Origin: Phoronis australis
Taxonomy: Eukaryota > Animalia > Phoronida
NCBI GenBank assembly: GCA_002633005.1
Contig: NMRA01000051.1
Location: forward strand, 499,273 to 563,272
DNA length: 64,000 nt
Direction: 5' to 3'
Shown here: positions 35,068-47,700 of the stretch, piece by piece
How positions within the stretch are numbered: the first letter of the stretch is position 1
Layout of the letters: every line of letters starts with the position of its first letter
Notes under the pieces: generated by a model
What the model was told of the DNA's origin: nothing
What the model saw: the letters and a program-made list of their open reading frames with translations, nothing else
Database searches by the model: none
Made by a program: the position numbers and the translations under genes

Positions 35068-38000
35068 TCTTTGAAGAGAGCTTGGTAAGGAGGCCCCATT
35101 ATCGACAGTCTTGTCAAACAAGCAGATTTTTAAAAAGGTCACTTTACTTGTGGCACTCGTCAGGGTTAGTGCCTATGGTCGGCACAACTCCCTCCCCCAA
35201 AATTACAGGCCACCCTTGAAATCTCACTTTAATGCGCCCACACTTGGCTTACCACCACCCCCAATTTATGTGATTAAGACTTCTGTAAAAGTACCCGAGT
35301 CTTTATAAAACACCCGTTTCATCAAAAATTATGTAACTCATTTATCTTCATGTAACAGTTTGAGTGGAAACTTGCCTCATTTGGGCGCAGAAATGACTAT
35401 ACTCTCCAGTTCTTTGCTGATGGAATCTTTTTGTCTTGGGCGCATAATTGTATCTGGCGTGATGATATTATTGTGCGAAAGTGGTAAAAGGGTGAGGCCA
35501 GCTTATTACCTACTTGTAATGTTTGCATTGGAAAATTTGAAAATGCGTTTTACAAAAAGCTTGTTTATGCTACTAAACCTCTGAGCATGGTCACTCCACC
35601 ATTTTAGATGTTGAGCCCGTTAAGACGTTATCTACCATTTGTGAATATTTATTTGATCATTTCTTGCACACTAAGTCCTACATCTAATATGTAGATCCCA
35701 AAGCATTAACTCGAGGACTGACCATTCGGGTAAGCGTCCATCCCAACTTCTCTCAAAAAATTGTTTTGAAATGCCCATGATTGCTAAACACCCTCACTTA
35801 AATTCCCATTTTAAATGCCCTGTGTGATGACCCGGACGAGTACGGTAATTGCATTTTACCTCGATTGTCCCTTTGGTACTTTCACCTCACTTTGACTAGT
35901 GCCACCTGAAGACATTGAACACGATCAGTTCTCAATTAGTGGTATTGTCTTGTGCTTAAAATAGTGCAGTAGCTCCACAAAACTTTTGTAATTTTTTCCT
36001 CAGTTTCCCTATTCTTATAGGTCTGTGTTGTGTAGGGGATATTCTTTATTTATGTAGGGTTGTGCGCCGTTTATTTATACTTCAAAGAAATACATTTTGG
36101 GTAGCTTTTTGTAAGTTTTTGTGTTGTTGCCAAATTTCTACTTTAATTTCCAACTGGTTGTTCTGAAGACGTGTAATTAGTGATGATGTCACTGGTAATT
36201 GTGTTCTTTATGTAAGTTTTCATGATGTAGACGAATACTGTATACTATTTGTAAAGGGGACATTGTATAATTTATGAATTTAATATAACTTGGTAGTCAA
36301 AACAATAGTTTTGTCTTTTACAGTACATTTTATTGTAAAAAGGAGTTTGAGAATTTCTTTATTTATTTAAATATTTATTAAACTTTACACGACCACAAAT
36401 CGTGATTTTTGTGGAATGCGCATGTCTCAAAAGAAACTCATGTCGAACCTTGTTACAACACACCCTGCTAACATTGAACTTTTGTTATAATTTTGTGAAG
36501 GTCTCTTGCTGTTTGTTTTGTGAGGGTGGTCCTACAAAACCGGGCTATCAGAATGATCAAAATAATGTGGAATGTTGAAAGACAGATAAGCTTTATAAAC
36601 ACGTCTTGTTTATTAAATCAAATTTCAAACAAAACCATAACCTGTAACAGCAGCTTTTTAATGGACAGATCAGTTCTTAGCACAAATTAAAAGCATTTTA
36701 TGTTAACCAACCAACATTTACATAGCAAAGACCACAGTGTACAGCAACGCTGTGACAAACTGTATCAAAAGTGAAGTTCACAAGTGGATCTAGCATCACT
36801 TGCCATCCAGACATCAGGCAGCTCGTTTGACGAAACATTTGTGAAATGGTTAAGGGACATTTCGCCGCTGAGTAGCTGTCAATGAGTAATTCTTTTGTGG
36901 TTAAAATAAATCGAACAAATTCGATCTTGAATTGCTGCTGAATGAGACCGCAATTTAAGTCTCAGGCAATGTATACATGTATCATTTTCAAATTCGGGGC
37001 ACCTTTAGAGAAGACCAACCTCAATAAACTGATTTGTTGAGTCGCTGATGGTTTTGATGTTCTTGTTGGTAATGGAAATGGTGTCTTCACTGTTGACATT
37101 ATTATGGGACCCAATTTATTAGAGTAAAAGACCTACTTCAGTTTTCGTGTTTAGCTAGCCATCATTCATAACAGCAAAACTCGTGTTAGTTGGACATGCA
37201 CAAATCGGATTTTTGCTTGGTGCCATTCAGATTTAGTAGGACTTTGTCACGTTCCCAAATCTTGTGGTCCAGTTGAACCACACTTATGCCAGTCTTACTG
37301 CAATTTTCAAATTTCGTGTGAATGACACACTAAAGGATACAGTATAAGAAACAGTTTTGAAACAATAGCACAGTCAAATGACTAAATTGCACTTAACGGG
37401 AATATTCAACAGAAAGTAACTTACAAAATCATGAAGTCTACAAATACAAAACCTATACTTAACTGTTTGACAAATAATATATTCACTGTTCCACCTGCAC
37501 AAATGCAAAAGATGAACACATTTCTGTCTTCATTTTATGAATGGACATTTTAATGAACTTAAAGTCCGCTCCTTCTCAACGCCACTTCTGGAAAATTGGC
37601 CCTGTGAAAGGATAACGCACTGATACACAGTTCCATGTCTGGGCATCAGTGAGTATGCCTCAGATTGAATGATTGTCATAAACAAAGTTAACGTTTTGGG
37701 AATGAGCTGCAAAAAAGGTGAATCATTTTGTGGTTTCACACAACACTGTTATCCCGAGTGAGCCACAGAACATGATATATTGTGTGGAATGCATAGACTT
37801 CTTTTGCTTCTTGGTAGTAAGTTTTGACAGCATACGCTGCAGGGAATTCTAGTGTGCGTAAACAAGAAAATCACAGAGAAAACATGTGACAGCCTAGAAG
37901 GTGCTCGATCATTAGACAAATTCTGCAAAAATGAGGCATATCTTCAACATGATTCAATTTTTAAATAAATCATTAATAATTTCAATTTCACAGTTTAATT

Positions 38001-38683
38001 CGGGAAAAAGATACTATTTTTTTGATGTCACCCAATTGAGTTCCTACAAAATGAGCTCGTTTACATGGGACTGAGCGGTGCAAGATCAACCACTGGCACT
38101 TAACGAAAGAAGCGGTTGTGAGGTAAAATGAGCACGTAGCAATTTTTAAGTCAATCTAATTATCATTTTCAGAGGTAAAAGTAAACCTGCCAACATTATC
38201 ACATTTGGCATTTTTTTCAAAAAACACCTCTTAACAGGAAAAAACCAGAAATCTATACACAAGACTGACTATGACCTCTTCTGTACTGGACATACAGGGC
38301 TGTGCATTAAATGAGGTCAAGGACATATTTCGTGCAGAAAACCCTAGGTCTGCTTTTGGCTGAGGAACCTTGCAAGGATGTAAATTTGTTAATGCTATAG
38401 GGTAACTGTAAATATCTCAAATCTTCAGCTACACAAGACTCACTGAAATTAATATTCTTGAATTGTCAAATGATTAGCAGCACTTGGGCATGATATAGAA
38501 CATTTTTATTATAAATTAAATATTAAAACATTCAAATAAATGCTTAATCATTTAGGAGAGCATGGCAGACACAATATAAATATCATTTTAATAATCAAAA
38601 GAGATCAAACAATCATAAAAATACAAAACCATCAAAGATCGCGTCTAAACTGAATGCACACAACCACCCCCTGCAGGCTTTCA

Positions 38684-38773
38684 TCAACTGCGCAAAATGA
38701 GGTCCTCATCGTCTTCACCTGTATTATGCACATTCTGGTGAGAACTGTTGAGCAATGCTATATCATCGTCCAT
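38684..38773 (-). CDS. SCARB2: SCARB2-like exon 12 (cytosolic tail)
   Basis: ttttag|MDDDIALLNSSHQNVHNTGEDDEDLILRS*; phase 0. Confidence 0.8.
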   Translation of the reverse strand: MDDDIALLNSSHQNVHNTGEDDEDLILRS

Positions 38774-41700
38774 CTAAAAATGCATTAGTATTGTGTCAAT
38801 GTTAAGTCTGGGAATATTTTATTCAACATTACGTGCACTGCATTCTTTGGGGGTATTAAGATCACTCAGACCAGCACTCTATGGTGCAGTGGTATACACA
38901 ATCAAGTCGCCCCTTGTGTTGTTCAGGCAGGTTGCGCAATACACGCTGGAACAGCTCAACAAAGGAACAGCAGTTACTGTAACAATGCTTTAGTTATCTT
39001 TCGTTCTATCAACCAATTTTTACCATCCAAGCCCTGAAAAAGCTTTCAGTGACAAACTTAGTCTTTATAGTCCGCAATTTCTAAAACAGTTGGGAAAACA
39101 TGTTCCCATGAACACGCAGTGGTTATCACTCACAGCCATCTCGGTCTGCTCTCTACTCCCGGAAGCCAGGCATAAAGCACAACCCATAGGAAGCATAAGA
39201 TAATTGCCGATTGGGAAATGAGATGTAACACCTGATGAACTATGAGATCTCACTCATCAAATTATTCAGCCATGATACCAAGTGAAATTTCTAAACCAAC
39301 TGCAAGAATCTGCATCCATGTATGAACTTTACCAACGTCCAAAACAAATAAGACATGTCGCTCTCATCAAAAACATCACAAGCATCAGTCAACAGCAAGA
39401 AGGTCGTGTGAGTAAAATAGTTCCATCGAGTGCAACCACCAATGGTGAAGGAAGCAGCCGGCGAAAAGAGTAGGTGAAACTAGTTTAATGACTTAATTGT
39501 GATTTGAAGAGAACATAACTGAACTTGGAATCTTGAGCCAAACTGTTGACCACTTTGTTCGAGTGCACAGCCATTTTAGTCATCACATACCTCACAAATC
39601 AGATTCAAGACATCCAGTCTGTGTTTCAGTGAAATGTAATACATACTGTATACACCCATATGCCTATACACCCATGTGCCTATACTCAAAATAATATGCA
39701 GTTTTGGTGTTGTTCAAGTGTTTTGCATGCAAAAGAGCACACAGAATAGGCCCATGTGACTATCCCTTCTGTACACGTTATGTCATTGTCATTGTTCTCT
39801 CTGTGTCTTTTGTCTATTCTTTGTACTTTTTAATTAAATACTAAATGTTTATAATTGTGCTGTTATAAATCAGTGTTTTGACATTGTAACTATCATTAGT
39901 CTTCATACACGCCATATGCTGTTCATATAACGTGACCTAAAGTGAAGTCTGAAAAGATCTCTGTCCCGACCGGTACTCGAGCCTGGGACTCTGTGGGTTT
40001 GCAAGGTTGCAGAAATTCTCGGATTCGAGCCCTGACCAATAGTAAGAAAGAACTTTTCAGACTTAACTAGAGGTCAGGTGAGCTGACCAACAAATGGCAT
40101 ATAAGAAAACCAATTTTACTTGATAGTTAAATGTTTGATTGAATACATGTCAACAAGTGTCACTCATACACTATGTTAAATGATGCTCATTGGTTTTTGC
40201 TTATTTGCATATAAGCACACTGCCTTAATTTTAGATCAGGCACAGCTTGATATATAGGCACAAGGGCCAAGACGTGTGAATATACATTTGCAATCAAATT
40301 TAATCTAATCCTAAAAGTGCTAAAACACCAACCAATGTTTTACTTCTTTCAACCCATAACTTAAATTTCCTTCAGAAGACAACTACCCATAAATTTTTAT
40401 TTCGAGTGGCGTCCCCCCTCCCATATGGATTTAACTGGAAGACCCCTAAAAGAAGGGCAACATGATATTACATTGCACTGCAAACTATGTACTGTGAGGA
40501 ACTCACCTGTTTCTCGGCCCACATTTTCAGCCCACAAAAGGCTGTAATGACCAGTATAAGACCTCCAAAGGCAATTACTGCAAATGCTGCAGCATTGACT
40601 ATTTTAATGAGCTGCAAGAACTGGTCCTTAAACATTTTGGCAGCCTCGTCAGTGACTGTGGCACTCTGAAACAAGAAGAAACTGATTAAAATCAAAACAA
40701 AAAGTTTTTTAGTTGCAGACTACAGTAATGGTAATTTGAGAAAATAGACATTAAGAAATTTTGCGCTTCACAATACAAATTTAGAAAGAGTCACTGCCAT
40801 CAAGAAGACTGTTACCAGGAAAAATGAAAGGTGGTTTTATGCGGATTAAAAGAATTACTGCATATTAAGTGTTTGGATTTTGAAACTGAATTCATTGTAA
40901 AAGTTAGCTTAGAATCGTTTTTACCACAGGAAATGCCATAAACATTAGCCAAAATAGATTCGTTAGATTAAGGCTTTCTGTTACCCAGTGACAAATAAAT
41001 TACTTCATTTGATTTTAGTAAATCTTAGAACCATAATTGGCCAGGGAGTTGCGACAAAAGAGCGTGGGAACACTTAACAATGGACTACACTGAAATCTGG
41101 ATTAAGCCTCAATAGGAAGTTTGGAGTTGAAACCAAGCGGGGGTTTTCGTAATGGGTAACAAATATTTATCAACTGTCCAATATACATGATTTTTACAGA
41201 CTTTCTAATAATCATCATCTTCACTCTGAGCTAACTTTCTATTTTATCACCACTAAAACATGTACTTTGAGCAGGTACAAAAAGTCCAAAGCTACTTCTT
41301 GTAAATTTGTTGTCCAGTAAGTAAAAATCTATATCTTAGACAGTCTAAATGAACAAAATTAAGATTTGAAAAAAGCAAAAATCAAACAACACTTTTTCCT
41401 ATTTAGTTTTAGGAAAGTCTACCCAAATAATTAACCTTACCTCATTTAACCACAATATTGGATAAATAAGAGTCTTTTCTAATTTGTCCAGGCCTCTGAA
41501 AATCATGAAAAAGATATTAAATTTCTCAGCTTAAAAATAGAGTTGCTGAATGTGTTTCATTAAGATAGACATGCTTCACTAGTGCCACCTTGTGAGCTCC
41601 GGGATTTCCCAACGTGATCGAACCAAAAGGTTCAAAAAGCCTTCTGAGTCTATATAGATTGGGTATAAGACACGTCATTCAAATTTTGACGGGCCACTGC

Positions 41701-44700
41701 AACCTAGCCCGACACAGACACATTACTGGGCATATGAGGAGCCCTGTGTGTCCCGAGTGTGGTACTGACGTAGAATCTCCTAAACACCTGGTAGAGTCTT
41801 GCCCAGCTTTTTATAGGCTAAGGAGCAACCTACTGGATGGCATTGTTACATGCCTACAACATATAGTGCATGGCAACAAATGGAAACGTCTGTCCGTTTT
41901 CCTAAAGGAGACTGGCAGACTTGAAAACTTTCTTCACGAGGAGCCATAATTGGGGTCTCGTGCCTTTGCTCAGGTGTTTTGTGCAATGGGCCCAACCATG
42001 AGGCCTGCGCACGTCTGATGCACCGCAAATGACATCAGACCACCTGCACTGTTTTTTTTTTNAAGACTGTTACCAGGAAAAATGAAAGGTGGTTTTGTGC
42101 GGAGTAAAAGAATTACTGCATATTAAGTGTTTGGCTTTTGAAACTGAATTCATTGTAAAAGTTAGCTTAGAATCGTTTTTACCAGAGCAAATGCCATAAA
42201 AATTAGCCAAAATAGATTCATTAGGTTAAGGCTTTCTGTTACCCAGTGACAAATAAATTAGTTCATTGATTTTAGTAAATCTTAGATAATTGGCCTGGGA
42301 GTTATAATGCCAAACAAAAGAGCATGGGAACACTTAACAATGGACTACACTGAAATCTGGATTAAGCCTCACTTGGAAGTTTGGAGCTGAAACCAAACCG
42401 GGGTGTTCGTAATGGGGAATAAATATTTATCAACTGTCCAATATACATGATTTTTACAGACTTTCTAATAATCATCATCTTCACTCTGAACTACCTTTGT
42501 TTCTATTTTATCACCACTAAAACCTGTACTTTGAGCAGGTACAAAAAGCCCAAAGCTAGTTATATCTTCTAGTAAATTTGTTGTTCAGTAAGTAAAAATC
42601 TATATCTTAGACAGTCTAAATGAACAAAATTAAGATTTGAAAAAAGCAAATATCAAACAACACTTTTTCCTATTTAGTTTTAGGCAAGTCTCTCCAAATA
42701 ATTAACCTTACCTCATTTAACCACAATATTGGATAAATAAGAGTCTTTTCTAATTTGTCCAGGCCTCTGAAAATCATGATATAGATATTAAATTTCTCAG
42801 CTTAAAAATAGAGTTGCTGAATGTATTTCATTAAAATAGACATGCTTCATTAGTACCACCTTGTGAGCTCCGAGATTCTCACTTCTTTTTCCACCCTCCA
42901 AGACGAGAGCTGTGTTACAATAAACATCACAATAGTATCACACAGGCACATATATGACGTGTGTGAACTTGAGTGGAGAATCAAGGAAGGAAACCTAAGG
43001 TAGGTTTCCTAAAGCCCATTTTGCAAAAACATGGAGAATGATAAGAGTGAAGTGCTGGTGTCTTGCGAGTAAGCTCTCAACCTAACTAGAGTAGTGTCTC
43101 GCAAATGTCTCACATTACAGAACACATGCATCTTCATGTCTAACTGGAACCTGGTGACACTGCTTGAATACTTCACACACAGCTTGAAAACTAGTCACTT
43201 CATTTACAAATTGGGTAAAAAGAAAAGCTCGGTTGACTTTACTCATTGAAATGATGAATCAAACTAACTAATGAGAAATATTGTAACACTAAAACCCAAT
43301 TGAAACCATAAATTTATTTTACACTCAGCGTTTTTTTAAGACAAAATAAAATGCTGTTCCAAACGACAGTAAATTAAATGTTTTGTACTAGGACTTGATC
43401 TATGACAAATGGAAAATATTTTCCAACAAAACTGTGAGTTGTGTTAACTATGAAGCACTGTTAATTATCTAAAATAGCACTAGAATAACAGGAAAGTTAA
43501 CTGTGACAAATAATAAAATGAAATAAAATAAAACAAAATACCTGACATTATCAACACGCTCCAATCCTATGTTTATCTGAAGCCGCTTGTCAGCATGCAT
43601 TACTGTGCCACTAATCTGTAACAAAATGGATCCAAAACTAACAGAACTGAAATAACAAATGAAAAGATAACAATGACGAAAACAAATAAGAACAGCGTAC
43701 TTTACTTCAGAGTATTAAGATGTATAACAATCAGTGTCCCCGATGCCTTGATTTTGGGGTCAAATATCGTCCCCATTCCTTTACGGAAAAATATTTAAAT
43801 GTTACGGAAAATTCCCATCATCACGCCCAAAAATTCCCCTCCAGTGATACATAAATTCCACTCAAGGTTAGAATCAGTTCTGTGAAACGTTAGTTTTGGC
43901 AACCTGGGGTATTGCCGATGAGGGGTGGCAACAGGGGATGGAATTGGTTGTGAGAGAATTTCCTCTCGACAAAAAATCTCTTATAACACAGGCAAAGGAA
44001 CTTTTCACCTCCGGTTACTGAAGGTCCTGTTAACACAATCAACAGAAATGGAAAAAAAATAAAGACTTTTGACATTAACAACATTAACACACTGTCAGTT
44101 ATTCAACCAATCAAACACACCAACTCAACTAATCAAACTCACTGGCTCAACATTAACCAATCAAACACACCTGTCCAACTCAACCTGTCCAATCAAACTC
44201 ACCGGCTCAACATTAACCTCTGTATTGTGCACAGTGACATCTGGATGGAAGCCATCTATAGCATCTATGTACTGTTGAGCAGCATGTAACATATGAGGCT
44301 GTGACATGATGATGTCAGCACCTGAAGACAAACAGAGAATGCCAGTGGATACACAGAATTATATTAGTTCAGCACAAACAATTGAAGATATTACAGTTAA
44401 AAAGTTTTTACTTAAAAGTTAGTTTGTCACGGCGTGCCATTTCCTACATAAAAAATATTCTCAAGCAATATCGAAATACAATACACACCAAAAATAAGGC
44501 ATCCTGGAACTTCCAGTCTTGATGGTCAAATTGCAAACGATTTCCCCATCATAACAGCTGATCACTGTGCAAAGACCAGTCATGACAGGAATTCCAGGTA
44601 TTTTGAGCGATTAGTTCTGGCGTCTAGTGTATCAGTACTTTCCAACCTCACTAACCCTCTGAGTACGCAACAAGTAGTCAAAGGGACCTGTTTTATAATG

Positions 44701-47700
44701 GTGAGCTGTCTTATCTGGAAGTTAGTTTCCTTGACAACACAGGTTTATGGCAACTTTATTACCGGGGCATACAAAAAGAAATCACAATGAATTTTAAACG
44801 AATTTACTTAATTTTTTAAAAACATGAAACAAATCAGTCAGTAAATTACAAAGTCCCATTAGTGCTAGAAAAAACGAAATTTGAATCTGTTATTATGGAT
44901 TTGCAATCTGCTATTACGGATTGCCAATTTACAATAATTATTACAGAGTGTCATTCCTTAATGACAGATTGCCAATCTGTAATAACAAAAAAAAATTTTA
45001 ATTTTTTTCTGGCACTAATGGGCCTTTGAAGTAAATAGTATCAAATCGTTGAATTCATTTGCAGACAGGTAATGCAAAACAGTGTGAATGGAGATAACAA
45101 AGGAGATAACCATAAGAGCACCTGTAGAAACAGTGATCTTACAGTGGCATAATTACCTGGGTTACAAAATAATAAATTAACTGTCTTCATTGTCTTATTT
45201 GAGACTCAGTCCTGTCACCAACAGACGGCAAGGAAATGGTTAGTGTACCTTATGAAAAAGTTTCACTTACAGAACAAAATAAACTTTTCAACGCATCTAA
45301 AAATGAGAAAAAAAACAGTGACGTAAAAAACATTACAGTCACGAATGACTTGATGTTGCAGTTAACACTTGCCATACCTTGTTTACAGTGACTTATATTG
45401 AGCACCCCCGAGTCTAAGCAATGTTCCACGTCAGGCATGCAAAAGCCAGTATTGTCAGGATTTACACTGTAGTTCCCAAACAGGTCAACAGGGGGCTCAA
45501 AGTGGTACAGGTCTATGCCTTTCAACTGGGTCATACTTTTGTACTGAACAGGAATTGATCTGGAAATAATGATACCTTGTTGAGTATACAGCAGAGCACA
45601 ACATGATCGTGCAGACAAAAACAAAGCAAAAATGAAATAAAGCCTCATTAAGTATTTTGGAAAAATAAACAATTAACAGAATTGCCCTTTTCATTTTTCA
45701 AAACAGTTCACAGGCTGTCATAGGGATATCATGACAAATCAAAACTACACTCACCGCTCCAAATTGGAGAGTTTTTACTGCAAGCCTATCAACAACTCAA
45801 AATTCTTACAGTAACACCCCGGCAGTTACTTGTAGACAGTCCAATCAACTCATCAAATCAATTGAGCAATCTCAAAAAATGCCTAAAAGCTATCAGCACG
45901 AAATCCTGAGAATATACATTAAACTTTAAAGGGGAAACAGTTCAAAAATGAACTTAAACATAACAACTGAGTAAAATTCTACCTGCTGGGTTTTTAAAAC
46001 CTGCACCAACTCAGCAATATAATATACTTGTCCAAGCAAAAGTGATTGTTTTGAGGGCTAGGCATCTGTTGGCAATTGCGGCTGTGTAATTTTAATGCAG
46101 TAGACAATTAGTGTAAACTCAGCACTAACCCAATCAAGCCAAACCTAAAGTTCACTTACCTACAAATATCTGAGGCAAATATTTGCAGAACATCTGTCGT
46201 CTGCACAAACGGATGGAACATAGTGCCATCTGTCCCGTTGATCATATTACTCCAGATGTCATTCCAATAGGAGGAAGGCAGAGTGCTGGAATTAAGAGTA
46301 AAAAGGAATTTGTAATTTATTTCAAGGATAGGTTAACTAAGCATAGCACAGTTTTTAATAGCAGAAAATCTGATGCAACCTAAGAACACTCAACCCAAAA
46401 TATTGTGACTTTGGAATCATCTATAATATCAACATTAAAATTTTGCAAAGCATGCAAAACATACACTTGAGGCAGCATAGGCTATAATACATGGACCGCC
46501 AACTTCGTACACTTTCAATGGACGAAACTTGTGCACTTTCGCATGTTATGTCATTATTCACAAGTGACACTTGGCACAATTATTTTTGGCAAATTCGTCA
46601 TCAGCTAATCTTGGTCGGCTGTTGCGCGGTCGGGTGGTGGTAGCATTGCTAAGAGTACTCATGATACCAACAGTTCTACTATTTTAAGATTTTGAACAGC
46701 GTTGCAATGCCAAAATTATTACTTTGTTTTTGTTGCACTGGACAGTAAATTAGAAGCAAGGATTTCCCGTCACAATACACCAACCGGAAAATGAACCAGA
46801 TAATTTAGGAGAGTGGCGCCGCCTCTAGGATAGTACGGAATGTCGGAGTTGCGAATTTGTTTTCTATGGTGGCACACCTGTCTTCTGTCATGAAGAGTAC
46901 TTTTTTCCCGAAGTCTAAATTGTAGATTATGATCTTCCTGTAAAGGATTTCTACAGACTAGGTTTTTGAAAAAATAATAAAAGCACACACCATACATTGC
47001 CCCATCACCCAGGGTACCTTTCAAATGCTTTTGGTTCAATAATCATGGACACACCATCACATGAAGTGTTTCAGACAAAGCAAGCCATCCCCATACTAAG
47101 AAACAGCTATTTTTTATAATACTCCATCATGTGGTTACACAATGCCAATGGAAGATGGGTAAAGTTGATATAGTTATGAGTTTCATAAAGTAGCACAAAA
47201 GTTAGGCACCAGAATTCATAGTTGTGCAACCCCACCGTTGGTAATTACTTTTGCTTGTTGGCAGGCTTGCAACCACACTGCAACATGTACAAGGACAAGT
47301 AACCCTATATTGATAAAGAGGGGTGAGTTATCGTACGTGTGCCAAGTTGCCCCAGTGCAAACAGCGTGCACACTACCACTAAGCCTAGCAACAACCCGTT
47401 CCGCGAGTAACTTGTTCCAGAATAGGTTGTAGTGTGGACGAAACTTAAGGAACACAATTCACTTCCTATCTGGGAAATGAAAAGCAAGAACAAAGGAGGC
47501 ACAGTAAATAGTATGAATAAGAACTTGGTTTGTGGCAGAAGCAATCGTAGTGGTTTAACTTCCATTTCCGTAGTAATTTAAACATTAATCGTAGATAGGC
47601 CAATCAAAAAACTGCACCCACTTTGGTAATGAAGCTATAATTTATTTAATCTCGATTCTGTTTCCAGAGATGTATTTCACTCCTACGTCTGAGTCACAAC

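Larger units (their letters stand above)
40805..42879. repeat. ~805-bp direct duplication containing SCARB2 exon 10
   Basis: 40805-41609 vs 42063-42879 differ by scattered SNPs and indels; separated by the LINE fragment and an N at 42062. Confidence 0.9.
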
